Assembly (NCBI RefSeq): GCF_009914755.1
Contig: NC_060938.1
Source of the DNA: the human T2T-CHM13v2.0 reference genome, Homo sapiens
Reading direction: 5' to 3' (one strand)
DNA length: 64,000 bases
Below the pieces are notes generated by a model. That model was not told the origin of the DNA and searched no databases. It saw only the letters and a program-made list of their open reading frames with translations. This document shows, one piece after another, positions 13,401 through 28,400 of the stretch. Numbering within the stretch: position 1 is the first letter of the stretch; each line of letters starts with the position of its first letter. The position numbers and the translations under genes were made by a program.

Positions 13401-16400
13401 TTCTGTCGAGATTTTATATGAAGATATTCCCGTTTCCAACGAAATCCTGAAATGTATCCAAATATCCCCTCGCAGATTCTACAAAAAGAGTGTTTCAAAA
13501 CTGCTCTGTAAAAAGAAAGGTTCAACTCTGTTAGTTGAGTACACACATCACAAACAAGTTTCACAGAATGCTTCTTTCTAGCTTGTAGGGGAAGATTCCC
13601 CTTTATCACCATGGTCCTCAAACCGTCCGAAAAGTCCACTTCCATATACTACAAAAAGAGCATTTCAAACCTGCTGTATGAAAGGCAATGTTCAACTCTG
13701 TGACTTGAATGCAGACATCACAGAGCAGTTTCTGAGAATGCTTCTGTCTAGATTTTATAGGAAGATATTCCCGTTTCCAACGAAATCTTCACAGCTATCC
13801 AAATATCCACTTGCAGATTCTACAAAAAGAGTGTATCAAAACTGCTCTGTCAAAAGGAAGGTTCTTTTCTGTTAGGTGAGTGCATACGTCATAAAGGAGT
13901 TTCTGAGAATGTTTCTGTCTAGTGGTTATGGGAAGATATTTGCTTTTTCACCGTAGGCCTCAGAGCGCTCCAAATATCCACTTGCACATACTACAAAAAG
14001 AGTGCCTCAAACTGCTCTCTGAAACGGAATGTTCAACTCTATGAGTTGAATGCAAACATCGCAAAGACGTTTCTGAGAATGCTTCTGTCTAGATTTGATA
14101 TGAAGATATTCCCGTTTCCAACGAAATCTTCAAATCTATCCAAATGTCCACTTGCAGATTCAACAAAAAGTGTTTTTCAGAACTGCTCTATCAAAAGAAA
14201 GATCCACCTCTGTTAGCTGAGTTCACACATCACAAACAAGTTTATGAGAATGCTTCTGTCTAGTTTTTATTTGAAGATATTTCCTTTCTCACCATAGAGC
14301 TGAAAGCTGTCCTAATGTTCACTTCCAGATACTACAGAAAGAGTGTTTCAAAACTGCTGTATGAAAGGGAATGTTCAACTCTGTGACTTGAATGCACACA
14401 TCACAAAGAAGTTTCTGAGGATGCTGCTGGCTACTTTTTATACGTAATCCCGTTTCCAACGAAATCGTCCAAGCTATCCAAATATCCACTTGCAGATTCC
14501 ACAGAAAGACTGTTTCAAAACTGCTCTGTCAATAGAAAGGTTCAACTCTGTTAGCTGCGTGCATATATCCCAAAGAAGATTCTGAGATTGCTTCTGTCTA
14601 GTTTTTATGGGAAGATATTTCCCTTTTCACCGTAGGCGTCAAGGCGCTCCAAATGTCCACTTCCAGATACTACAAAAAGAGTGTTTCAAACCTACTCTGT
14701 GAAAGGGAATATTCAACTCTGTGACTTGAATGCACATATCACAAAGAAGTTTCTGAGAATGCTTCTGTCGAGATTTTATATGAAGATATTCCCGTTTCCA
14801 ACGAAATCCTGAAATGTATCCAAATATCCCCTCGCAGATTCTACAAAAAGAGTGTTTCAAAACTGCTCTGTGAAAAGAAAGGTTCAACTCTGTTAGTTGA
14901 GTACACACATCACAAACAAGTTTCACAGAATGCTTCTTTCTAGCTTGTAGGGGAAGATATTCCCTTTATCACCATGGGCCTCCAACCGTCCGAAACATCC
15001 ACTTCCATATACTACAAAAAGAGCGTTTCAAACCTGCTCTATGAAAGGCAATGTTCAACTCTGTGACTTGAATGCAGACATCACAGAGCAGTTTCTGAGA
15101 ATGCTTCTGTCTAGATTTTATAGGAAGATATTCCCGTTTCCAACGAAATCTTCACAGCTATCCAAATATCCACTTGCAGATTCTACAAAAAGAGTGTATC
15201 AAAACTGCTCTGTCAAAAGGAAGGTTCTTTTCTGTTAGGTGAGTGCATACGTCATAAAGGAGTTTCTGAGAATGTTTCTGTCTAGTGGTTATGGGAAGAT
15301 ATTTGCTTTTTCACCGTAGGCCTCAGAGCGCTCCAAATATCCACTTGCACATACTACAAAAAGAGTGCCTCAAACTGCTCTCTGAAACGGAATGTTCAAC
15401 TCTATGAGTTGAATGCAAACATCGCAAAGACGTTTCTGAGAATGCTTCTGTCTAGATTTGATATGAAGATATTCCCGTTTCCAACGAAATCTTCAAATCT
15501 ATCCAAATGTCCACTTGCAGATTCAACAAAAAGTGTTTTTCAGAACTGCTCTATCAAAAGAAAGATCCACCTCTGTTAGCTGAGTTCACACATCACAAAC
15601 AAGTTTATGAGAATGCTTCTGTCTAGTTTTTATTTGAAGATATTTCCTTTCTCACCATAGAGCTGAAAGCTGTCCTAATGTTCACTTCCAGATACTACAG
15701 AAAGAGTGTTTCAAAACTGCTGTACGAAAGGGAATGTTCAACTCTGTGACTTGAATGCACACATCACAAAGAAGTTTCTGAGGATGCTGCTGGCTACTTT
15801 TTATACGTAATCCCGTTTCCAACGAAATCCTCCAAGCTATCCAAATATCCACTTGCAGATTCCACAGAAAGACTGTTTCAAAACTGCTCTGTCAATAGAA
15901 AGGTTCAACTCTGTTAGCTGCGTGCATATATCCCAAAGAAGATTCTGAGATTGCTTCTGTCTAGTTTTTATGGGAAGATATTTCCCTTTTCAACGTAGGC
16001 GTCAAGGTGCTCCAAATGTCCACTTCCAGATACTACAAAAAGAGTGTTTCAAACCTACTCTGTGAAAGGGAATATTCAACTCTGTGACTTGAATGCACAT
16101 ATCACAAAGAAGTTTCTGAGAATGCTTCTGTCGAGATTTTATATGAAGATATTCCCGTTTCCAACGAAATCCTGAAATGTATCCAAATATCCCCTCGCAG
16201 ATTCTACAAAAAGAGTGTTTCAAAACTGCTCTGTGAAAAGAAAGGTTCAACTCTGTTAGTTGAGTACACACATCACAAACAAGTTTCACAGAATGCTTCT
16301 TTCTAGCTTGTAGGGGAAGATATTCCCTTTATCACCATGGGCCTCCAACCGTCCGAAACATCCACTTCCATATACTACAAAAAGAGCGTTTCAAACCTGC

Positions 16401-19400
16401 TCTATGAAAGGCAATGTTCAACTCTGTGACTTGAATGCAGACATCACAGAGCAGTTTCTGAGAATGCTTCTGTCTAGATTTTATAGGAAGATATTCCCGT
16501 TTCCAACGAAATCTTCACAGCTATCCAAATATCCACTTGCAGATTCTACAAAAAGAGTGTATCAAAACTCCTCTGTCAAAAGGAAGGTTCTTTTCTGTTA
16601 GGTGAGTGCATACGTCATAAAGGAGTTTCTGAGAATGTTTCTGTCTAGTGGTTATGGGAAGATATTTGCTTTTTCACCGTAGGCCTCAGAGCGCTCCAAA
16701 TATCCACTTGCACATACTACAAAAAGAGTGCCTCAAAGCTGCTCTCTGAAACGGAATGTTCAACTCTATGAGTTGAATGCAAACATCGCAAAGACGTTTC
16801 TGAGAATGCTTCTGTCTAGATTTGATATGAAGATATTCCCGTTTCCAACGAAATCTTCAAATCTATCCAAATGTCCACTTGCAGATTCAACAAAAAGTGT
16901 TTTTCAGAACTGCTCTATCAAAAGAAAGATCCACCTCTGTTAGCTGAGTTCACACATCACAAACAAGTTTATGAGAATGCTTCTGTCTAGTTTTTATTTG
17001 AAGATATTTCCTTTCTCACCATAGAGCTGAAAGCTGTCCTAATGTTCACTTCCAGATACTACAGAAAGAGTGTTTCAAAACTGCTGTATGAAAGGGAATG
17101 TTCAACTCTGTGACTTGAATGCACACATCACAAAGAAGTTTCTGAGGATGCTGCTGTCTACTTTTTATACGTAATCCCGTTTCCAACGAAATCCTCCAAG
17201 CTATCCAAATATCCACTTGCAGATTCCACAGAAAGACTGTTTCAAAACTGCTCTGTCAATAGAAAGGTTCAACTCTGTTAGCTGCGTGCATATATCCCAA
17301 AGAAGATTCTGAGATTGCTTCTGTCTAGTTTTTATGGGAAGATATTTCCCTTTTCACCGTAGGCGTCAAGGCGCTCCAAATGTCCACTTCCAGATACTAC
17401 AAAAAGAGTGTTTCAAACCTACTCTGTGAAAGGGAATATTCAACTCTGTGACTTGAATGCACATATCACAAAGAAGTTTCTGAGAATGCTTCTGTCGAGA
17501 TTTTATATGAAGATATTCCCGTTTCCAACGAAATCCTGAAATGTATCCAAATATCCCCTCGCAGATTCTACAAAAAGAGTGTTTCAAAACTGCTCTGTGA
17601 AAAGAAAGGTTCAACTTTGTTAGTTGAGTACACACATCACAAACAAGTTTCACAGAATGCTTCTTTCTAGCTTGTAGGGGAAGATATTCCCTTTATCACC
17701 ATGGGCCTCCAACCATCCGAAACATCCACTTCCATATACTACAAAAAGAGCGTTTCAAACCTGCTCTATGAAAGGCAATGTTCAACTCTGTGACTTGAAT
17801 GCAGACATCACAGAGCAGTTTCTGAGAATGCTTCTGTCTAGATTTTATAGGAAGATATTCCCGTTTCCAACGAAATCTTCACAGCTATCCAAATATCCAC
17901 TTGCAGATTCTACAAAAAGAGTGTATCAAAACTGCTCTGTCAAAAGGAAGGTTCTTTTCTGTTAGGTGAGTGCATACGTCATAAAGGAGTTTCTGAGAAT
18001 GTTTCTGTCTAGTGGTTATGGGAAGATATTTGCTTTTTCACCGTAGGCCTCAGAGCGCTCCAAATATCCACTTGCACATACTACAAAAAGAGTGCCTCAA
18101 AGCTGCTCTCTGAAACGGAATGTTCAACTCTATGAGTTGAATGCAAACATCGCAAAGACGTTTCTGAGAATGCTTCTGTCTAGATTTGATATGAAGATAT
18201 TCCCGTTTCCAACTAAATCTTCAAATCTATCCAAATGTCCACTTGCAGATTCAACAAAAAGTGTTTTTCAGAACTGCTCTATCAAAAGAAAGATCCACCT
18301 CTGTTAGCTGAGTTCAGACATCACAAACAAGTTTATGAGAATGCTTCTGTCTAGTTTTTATTTGAAGATATTTCCTTTCTCACCATAGACCTGAAAGCTG
18401 TCCTAATGTTCACTTCCAGTTACTACAGAAAGAGTGTTTCAAAACTGCTGTACGAAAGGGAATGTTCAACTCGGTGACTTGAATGCACACATCACAAAGA
18501 AGTTTCTGAGGATGCTGCTGTCTACTTTTTATACTTAATCCCGTTTCCAACGAAATCCTCCAAGCTATCCAAATATCCACTTGCAGATTCCACAGAAAGA
18601 CTGTTTCAATACTGCTCTGTCAATAGAAAGGTTCAACTCTGTTAGCTGCGTGCATATATCCCAAAGAAGATTCTGAGATTGCTTCTGTCTAGTTTTTATG
18701 GGAAGATATTTCCCTTTTCACCGTAGGCGTCAAGGCGCTCCAAATGTCCACTTCCAGATACTACAAAAAGAGTGTTTCAAACCTACTCTGTGAAAGGGAA
18801 TATTCAACTCTGTGACTTGAATGCACATATCACAAGGAAGTTTCTGAGAATGCTTCTGTCGAGATTTTATATGAAGATATTCCCGTTTCCAACGAAATCC
18901 TGAAATGTATCCAAATATCCCCTCGCAGATTCTACAAAAAGAGTGTTTCAAAACTGCTCTGTAAAAAGAAAGGTTCAACTCTGTTAGTTGAGTACACACA
19001 TCACAAACAAGTTTCACAGAATGCTTCTTTCTAGCTTGTAGGGGAAGATATTCCCTTTATCACCATGGGCCTCCAACCGTCCGAAACATCCACTTCCATA
19101 TACTACAAAAAGAGCGTTTCAAACCTGCTCTATGAAAGGCAATGTTCAACTCTGTGACTTGAATGCAGACATCACAGAGCAGTTTCTGAGAATGCTTCTG
19201 TCTAGATTTTATAGGAAGATATTCCCGTTTCCAACGAAATCTTCACAGCTATCCAAATATCCACTTGCAGATTCTACAAAAAGAGTGTATCAAATCTGCT
19301 CTGTCAAAAGGAAGGTTCTTCTCTGTTAGGTGAGTGCATACGTCATAAAGGAGTTTCTGAGAATGTTTCTGTCTAGTGGTTATGGGAAGATATTTGCTTT

Positions 19401-22400
19401 TTCACCGTAGGCCTCAGAGCGCTCCAAATATCCACTTGCACATACTACAAAAAGAGTGCTTCAAAGCTGTTCTCTGAAACGGAATGTTCAACTCTATGAG
19501 TTGAATGCAAACATCACAAAGACGTTTCTGAGAATGCTTCTGTCTAGATTTGATATGAAGATATTCCCGTTTCCAACGAAATCTTCAAATCTATCCAAAT
19601 GTCCACTTGCAGATTCAACAAAAAGTGTTTTTCAGAACTGCTCTATCAAAAGAAAGATCCACCTCTGTTATCTGAGTTCACACATCACAAACAAGTTTAT
19701 GAGAATGCTTCTGTCTAGTTTTTATTTGAAGATATTTCCTTTCTCACCATAGAGCTGAAAGCTGTCCTAATGTTCACTTCCAGATACTACAGAAAGAGTG
19801 TTTCAAAACTGCTGTACGAAAGGGAATGTTCAACTCTGTGACTTGAATGCACACATCACAAAGAAGTTTCTGAGGATGCTGCTGTCTACTTTTTATACGT
19901 AATCCCGTTTCCAACGAAATCCTCCAAGCTATCCAAATATCCACTTGCAGATTCCACAGAAAGACTGTTTCAAAACTGCTCTGTCAATAGAAAGGTTCAA
20001 CTCTGTTAGCTGCGTGCATGTATCCCAAAGAAGATTCTGAGATTGCTTCTGTCTAGTTTTTATGGGAAGATATTTCCCTTTTCACCGTAGGCGTCAAGGC
20101 GCTCCAAATGTCCACTTCCAGATACTACAAAAAGAGTGTTTCAAACCTACTCTGTGAAAGGGAATATTCAACTCTGTGACTTGAATGCACATATCACAAA
20201 GAAGTTTCTGAGAATGCTTCTGTCGAGATTTTATATGAAGATATTCCCGTTTCCAACGAAATCCTGAAATGTATCCAAATATCCCCTCGCAGATTCTACA
20301 AAAAGAGTGTTTCAAAACTGCTCTGTAAAAAGAAAGGTTCAACTCTGTTAGTTGAGTACACACATCACAAACAAGTTTCACAGAATGCTTCTTTCTAGCT
20401 TGTAGGGGAAGATTCCCCTTTATCACCATGGTCCTCAAACCGTCCGAAAAATCCACTTCCATATACTACAAAAAGAGCGTTTCAAACCTGCTGTATGAAA
20501 GGCAATGTTCAACTCTGTGACTTGAATGCAGACATCACAGAGCAGTTTCTGAGAATGCTTCTGTCTAGATTTTATAGGAAGATATTCCCGTTTCCAACGA
20601 AATCTTCACAGCTATCCAAATATCCACTTGCAGATTCTACACAAAGAGTGTATCAAAACTGCTCTGTCAAAAGGAAGGTTCTTTTCTGTTAGGTGAGTGC
20701 ATACGTCATAAAGGAGTTTCTGAGAATGTTTCTGTCTAGTGGTTATGGGAAGATATTTGCTTTTTCACCGTAGGCCTCAGAGCGCTCCAAATATCCACTT
20801 GCACATACTACAAAAAGAGTGCCTCAAACTGCTCTCTGAAACGGAATGTTCAACTCTATGAGTTGAATGCAAACATCGCAAAGACGTTTCTGAGAATGCT
20901 TCTGTCTAGATTTGATATGAAGATATTCCCGTTTCCAACGAAACCTTCAAATCTATCCAAATGTCCACTTGCAGATTCAACAAAAAGTGTTTTTCAGAAC
21001 TGCTCTATCAAAAGAAAGATCCACCTCTGTTAGCTGAGTTCACACATCACAAACAAGTTTATGAGAATGCTTCTGTCTAGTTTTTATTTGAAGATATTTC
21101 CTTTCTCACCATAGAGCTGAAAGCTGTCCTAATGTTCACTTCCAGATACTACAGAAAGAGTGTTTCAAAACTGCTGTACGAAAGGGAATGCTCAACTCTG
21201 TGACTTGAATGCACACATCACAAAGAAGTTTCTGAGGATGCTGCTGGCTACTTTTTATACGTAATCCCGTTTCCAACGAAATCCTCCAAGCTATCCAAAT
21301 ATCCACTTGCAGATTCCACAGAAAGACTGTTTCAAAACTGCTCTGTCAATAGAAAGGTTCAACTCTGTTAGCTGCGTGCATATATCCCAAAGAAGATTCT
21401 GAGATTGCTTCTGTCTAGTTTTTATGGGAAGATATTTCCCTTTTCACCGTAGGTGTCAAGGCGCTCCAAATGTCCACTTCCAGATACTACAAAAAGAGTG
21501 TTTCAAACCTACTCTGTGAAAGGGAATATTCAACTCTGTGACTTGAATGCACATATCACAAAGAAGTTTCTGAGAATGCTTCTGTCGAGATTTTATATGA
21601 AGATATTCCCGTTTCCAACGAAATCCTGAAATGTATCCAAATATCCCCTCGCAGATTCTACAAAAAGAGTGTTTCAAAACTGCTCTGTGAAAAGAAAGGT
21701 TCAACTCTGTTAGTTGAGTACACACATCACAAACAAGTTTCACAGAATGCTTCTTTCTAGCTTGTAGGGGAAGATATTCCCTTTATCACCATGGGCCTCC
21801 AACCGTCCGAAACATCCACTTCCATATACTACAAAAAGAGCGTTTCAAACCTGCTCTATGAAAGGCAATGTTCAACTCTGTGACTTGAATGCAGACATCA
21901 CAGAGCAGTTTCTGAGAATGCTTCTGTCTAGATTTTATAGGAAGATATTCCCGTTTCCAACGAAATCTTCACAGCTATCCAAATATCCACTTGCAGATTC
22001 TACAAAAAGAGTGTATCAAAACTGCTCTGTCAAAAGGAAGGTTCTTTTCTGTTAGGTGAGTGCATACGTCATAAAGGAGTTTCTGAGAATGTTTCTGTCT
22101 AGTGGTTATGGGAAGATATTTGCTTTTTCACCGTAGGCCTCAGAGCGCTCCAAATATCCACTTGCACATACTATAAAAAGAGTGCCTCAAAGCTGCTCTC
22201 TGAAACGGAATGTTCAACTCTATGAGTTGAATGCAAACATCGCAAAGACGTTTCTGAGAATGCTTCTGTCTAGATTTGATATGAAGATATTCCCGTTTCC
22301 AACGAAATCTTCAAATCTATCCAAATGTCCACTTGCAGATTCAACAAAAAGTGTTTTTCAGAACTGCTCTATCAAAAGAAAGATCCACCTCTGTTAGCTG

Positions 22401-25400
22401 AGTTCAGACATCACAAACAAGTTTATGAGAATGCTTCTGTCTAGTTTTTATTTGAAGATATTTCCTTTCTCACCATAGACCTGAAAGCTGTCCTAATGTT
22501 CACTTCCAGTTACTACAGAAAGAGTGTTTCAAAACTGCTGTACGAAAGGGAATGTTCAACTCGGTGACTTGAATGCACACATCACAAAGAAGTTTCTGAG
22601 GATGCTGCTGTCTACTTTTTATACTTAATCCCGTTTCCAACGAAATCCTCCAAGCTATCCAAATATCCACTTGCAGATTCCACAGAAAGACTGTTTCAAA
22701 ACTGCTCTGTCAATAGAAAGGTTCAACTCTGTTAGCTGCATGCATATATCCCAAAGAAGATTCTGAGATTGCTTCTGTCTAGTTTTTATGGGAAGATATT
22801 TCCCTTTTCACCGTAGGTTTCAAGGCGCTCCAAATGTCCACTTCCAGATACTACAAAAAGAGTGTTTCAAACCTACTCTGTGAAAGGGAATATTCAACTC
22901 TGTGACTTGAATGCACATATCACAAGGAAGTTTCTGAGAATGCTTCTGTCGAGATTTTATATGAAGATATTCCCGTTTCCAACGAAATCCTGAAATGTAT
23001 CCAAATATCCCCTCTCAGATTCTACAAAAAGAGTGTTTCAAAACTGCTCTGTAAAAAGAAAGGTTCAACTCTGTTAGTTGAGTACACACATCACAAACAA
23101 GTTTCACAGAATGCTTCTTTCTAGCTTGTAGGGGAAGATATTCCCTTTATCACCATGGGCCTCCAACCGTCCGAAACATCCACTTCCATATACTACAAAA
23201 AGAGCGTTTCAAACCTGCTCTATGAAAGGCAATGTTCAACTCTGTGACTTGAATGCAGACATCACAGAGCAGTTTCTGAGAATGCTTCTGTCTAGATTTT
23301 ATAGGAAGATATTCCCGTTTCCAACGAAATCTTCACAGCTATCCAAATATCCACTTGCAGATTCTACAAAAAGAGTGTATCAAATCTGCTCTGTCAAAAG
23401 GAAGGTTCTTCTCTGTTAGGTGAGTGCATACGTCATAAAGGAGTTTCTGAGAATGTTTCTGTCTAGTGGTTATGGGAAGATATTTGCTTTTTCCCCGTAG
23501 GCCTCAGAGCGCTCCAAATATCCACTTGCACATACTACAAAAAGAGTGCTTCAAAGCTGTTCTCTGAAACGGAATGTTCAACTCTATGAGTTGAATGCAA
23601 ACATCACAAAGACGTTTCTGAGAATGCTTCTGTCTAGATTTGATATGAAGATATTCCCGTTTCCAACGAAATCTTCAAATCTATCCAAATGTCCACTTGC
23701 AGATTCAACAAAAAGTGTTTTTCAGAACTGCTCTATCAAAAGAAAGATCCACCTCTGTTAGCTGAGTTCACACATCACAAACAAGTTTATGAGAATGCTT
23801 CTGTCTAGTTTTTATTTGAAGATATTTCCTTTCTCACCATAGAGCTGAAAGCTGTCCTAATGTTCACTTCCAGATACTACAGAAAGAGTGTTTCAAAACT
23901 GCTGTACGAAAGGGAATGTTCAACTCTGTGACTTGAATGCACACATCACAAAGAAGTTTCTGAGGATGCTGCTGTCTACTTTTTATACGTAATCCCGTTT
24001 CCAACGAAATCCTCCAAGCTATCCAAATATCCACTTGCAGATTCCACAGAAAGACTGTTTCAAAACTGCTCTGTCAATAGAAAGGTTCAACTCTGTTAGC
24101 TGCGTGCATATATCCCAAAGAAGATTCTCAGATTGCTTCTGTCTAGTTTTTATGGGAAGATATTTCCCTTTTCACCGTAGGTGTCAAGGCGCTCCAAATG
24201 TCCACTTCCAGATACTACAAAAAGAGTGTTTCAAACCTACTCTGTGAAAGGGAATATTCAACTCTGTGACTTGAATGCACATATCACAAAGAAGTTTCTG
24301 AGAATGCTTCTGTCGAGATTTTATATGAAGATATTCCCGTTTCCAACGAAATCCTGAAATGTATCCAAATATCCCCTCGCAGATTCTACAAAAAGAGTGT
24401 TTCAAAACTGCTCTGTGAAAAGAAAGGTTCAACTCTGTTAGTTGAGTACACACATCACAAACAAGTTTCACAGAATGCTTCTTTCTAGCTTGTAGGGGAA
24501 GATATTCCCTTTATCAGCATGGGCCTCCAACCGTCCGAAACATCCACTTCCATATACTACAAAAAGAGCGTTTCAAACCTGCTCTATGAAAGGCAATGTT
24601 CAACTCTGTGACTTGAATGCAGACATCACAGAGCAGTTTCTGAGAATGCTTCTGTCTAGATTTTATAGGAAGATATTCCCGTTTCCAACGAAATCTTCAC
24701 AGCTATCCAAATATCCACTTGCAGATTCTACAAAAAGAGTGTATCAAAACTGCTCTGTCAAAAGGAAGGTTCTTTTCTGTTAGGTGAGTGCATACGTCAT
24801 AAAGGAGTTTCTGAGAATGTTTCTGTCTAGTGGTTATGGGAAGATATTTGCTTTTTCACCGTAGGCCTCAGAGCGCTCAAAATATCCACTTGCACATACT
24901 ACAAAAAGAGTGCCTCAAAGCTGCTCTCTGAAACGGAATGTTCAACTCTATGAGTTGAATGCAAACATCGCAAAGACGTTTCTGAGAATGCTTCTGTCTA
25001 GATTTGATATGAAGATATTCCCGTTTCCAACGAAATCTTCAAATCTATCCAAATGTCCACTTGCAGATTCAACAAAAAGTGTTTTTCAGAACTGCTCTAT
25101 CAAAAGAAAGATCCACCTCTGTTAGCTGAGTTCAGACATCACAAACAAGTTTATGAGAATGCTTCTGTCTAGTTTTTATTTGAAGATATTTCCTTTCTCA
25201 CCATAGACCTGAAAGCTGTCCTAATGTTCACTTCCAGTTACTACAGAAAGAGTGTTTCAAAACTGCTGTACGAAAGGGAATGTTCAACTCTGTGACTTGA
25301 ATGCACACATCACAAAGAAGTTTCTGAGGATGCTGCTGTCTACTTTTTATACTTAATCCCGTTTCCAACGAAATCCTCCAAGCTATCCAAATATCCACTT

Positions 25401-28400
25401 GCAGATTCCACAGAAAGACTGTTTCAAAACTGCTCTGCCAATAGAAAGGTTCAACTCTGTTAGCTGCGTGCATATATCCCAAAGAAGATTCTGAGATTGC
25501 TTCTGTCTAGTTTTTATGGGAAGATATTTCCCTTTTCACCGTAGGCGTCAAGGCGCTCCAAATGTCCACTTCCAGATACTACAAAAAGAGTGTTTCAAAC
25601 CTACTCTGTGAAAGGGAATATTCAACTCTGTGACTTGAATGCACATATCACAAGGAAGTTTCTGAGAATGCTTCTGTCGAGATTTTATATGAAGATATTC
25701 CCGTTTCCAACGAAATCCTGAAATGTATCCAAATATACCCTCGCAGATTCTACAAAAAGAGTGTTTCAAAACTGCTCTGTAAAAAGAAAGGTTCAACTCT
25801 GTTAGTTGAGTACACACATCACAAACAAGTTTCACAGAATGCTTCTTTCTAGCTTGTAGGGGAAGATTCCCCTTTATCACCATGGTCCTCAAACCGTCCG
25901 AAATGTCCACTTCCATATACTACAAAAAGAGCGTTTCAAACCTGCTGTATGAAAGGCAATGTTCAACTCTGTGACTTGAATGCAGACATCACAGAGCAGT
26001 TTCTGAGAATGCTTCTGTCTAGATTTTATAGGAAGATATTCCCGTTTCCAACGAAATCTTCACAGCTATCCAAATATCCACTTGCAGATTCTACAAAAAG
26101 AGTGTATCAAAACTGCTCTGTCAAAAGGAAGGTTCTTTTCTGTTAGGTGAGTGCATACGTCATAAAGGAGTTTCTGAGAATGTTTCTGTCTAGTGGTTAT
26201 GGGAAGATATTTGCTTTTTCACCGTAGGCCTCAGAGCGCTCCAAATATCCACTTGCACATACTACAAAAAGAGTGCCTCAAACTGCTCTCTGAAACGGAA
26301 TGTTCAACTCTATGAGTTGAATGCAAACATCGCAAAGACGTTTCTGAGAATGCTTCTGTCTAGATTTGATATGAAGATATTCCCGTTTCCAACGAAATCT
26401 TCAAATCTATCCAAATGTCCACTTGCAGATTCAACAAAAAGTGTTTTTCAGAACTGCTCTATCAAAAGAAAGATCCACCTCTGTTAGCTGAGTTCACACA
26501 TCACAAACAAGTTTATGAGAATGCTTCTGTCTAGTTTTTATTTGAAGATATTTCCTTTCTCACCATAGAGCTGAAAGCTGTCCTAATGTTCACTTCCAGA
26601 TACTACAGAAAGAGTGTTTCAAAACTGCTGTACGAAAGGGAATGTTCAACTCTGTGACTTGAATGCACACATCACAAAGAAGTTTCTGAGGATGCTGCTG
26701 GCTACTTTTTATACGTAATCCCGTTTCCAACGAAATCCTCCAAGCTATCCAAATATCCACTTGCAGATTCCACAGAAAGACTGTTTCAAAACTGCTCTGT
26801 CAATAGAAAGGTTCAACTCTGTTAGCTGCGTGCATATATCCCAAAGAAGATTCTGAGATTGCTTCTGTCTAGTTTTTATGGGAAGATATTTCCCTTTTCA
26901 CCGTAGGCGTCAAGGCGCTCCAAATGTCCACTTCCAGATACTACAAAAAGAGTGTTTCAAACCTACTCTGTGAAAGGGAATATTCAACTCTGTGACTTGA
27001 ATGCACATATCACAAAGAAGTTTCTGAGAATGCTTCTGTCGAGATTTTATATGAAGATATTCCCGTTTCCAACGAAATCCTGAAATGTATCCAAATATCC
27101 CCTCGCAGATTCTACAAAAAGAGTGTTTCAAAACTGCTCTGTGAAAAGAAAGGTTCAACTCTGTTAGTTGAGTACACACATCACAAACAAGTTTCACAGA
27201 ATGCTTCTTTCTAGCTTGTAGGGGAAGATATTCCCTTTATCACCATGGGCCTCCAACCGTCCGAAACATCCACTTCCATATACTACAAAAAGAGCGTTTC
27301 AAACCTGCTCTATGAAAGGCAATGTTCAACTCTGTGACTTGAATGCAGACATCACAGAGCAGTTTCTGAGAATGCTTCTGTCTAGATTTTATAGGAAGAT
27401 ATTCCCGTTTCCAACGAAATCTTCACAGCTATCCAAATATCCACTTGCAGATTCTACAAAAAGAGTGTATCAAAACTGCTCTGTCAAAAGGAAGGTTCTT
27501 CTCTGTTAGGTGAGTGCATACGTCATAAAGGAGTTTCTGAGAATGTTTCTGTCTAGTGGTTATGGGAAGATATTTGCTTTTTCACCGTAGGCCTCAGAGC
27601 GCTCCAAATATCCACTTGCACATACTACAAAAAGAGTGCTTCAAAGCTGCTCTCTGAAACGGAATGTTCAACTCTATGAGTTGAATGCAAACATCACAAA
27701 GACGTTTCTGAGAATGCTTCTGTCTAGATTTGATATGAAGATATTCCCGTTTCCAACGAAATCTTCAAATCTATCCAAATGTCCACTTGCAGATTCAACA
27801 AAAAGTGTTTTTCAGAACTGCTCTATCAAAAGAAAGATCCACCTCTGTTAGCTGAGTTCACACATCACAAACAAGTTTATGAGAATGCTTCTGTCTAGTT
27901 TTTATTTGAAGATATTTCCTTTCTCACCATAGAGCTGAAAGCTGTCCTAATGTTCACTTCCAGATACTACAGAAAGAGTGTTTCAAAACTGCTGTACGAA
28001 AGGGAATGTTCAACTCTGTGACTTGAATGCACACATCACAAAGAAGTTTCTGAGGATGCTGCTGTCTACTTTTTATACGTAATCCCGTTTCCAACGAAAT
28101 CCTCCAAGCTATCCAAATATCCACTTGCAGATTCCACAGAAAGACTGTTTCAAAACTGCTCTGTCAATAGAAAGGTTCAACTCTGTTAGCTGCGTGCATA
28201 TATCCCAAAGAAGATTCTGAGATTGCTTCTGTCTAGTTTTTATGGGAAGATATTTCCCTTTTCACCGTAGGCGTCAAGGCGCTCCAAATGTCCACTTCCA
28301 GATACTACAAAAAGAGTGTTTCAAACCTACTCTGTGAAAGGGAATATTCAACTCTGTGACTTGAATGCACATATCACAAGGAAGTTTCTGAGAATGCTTC

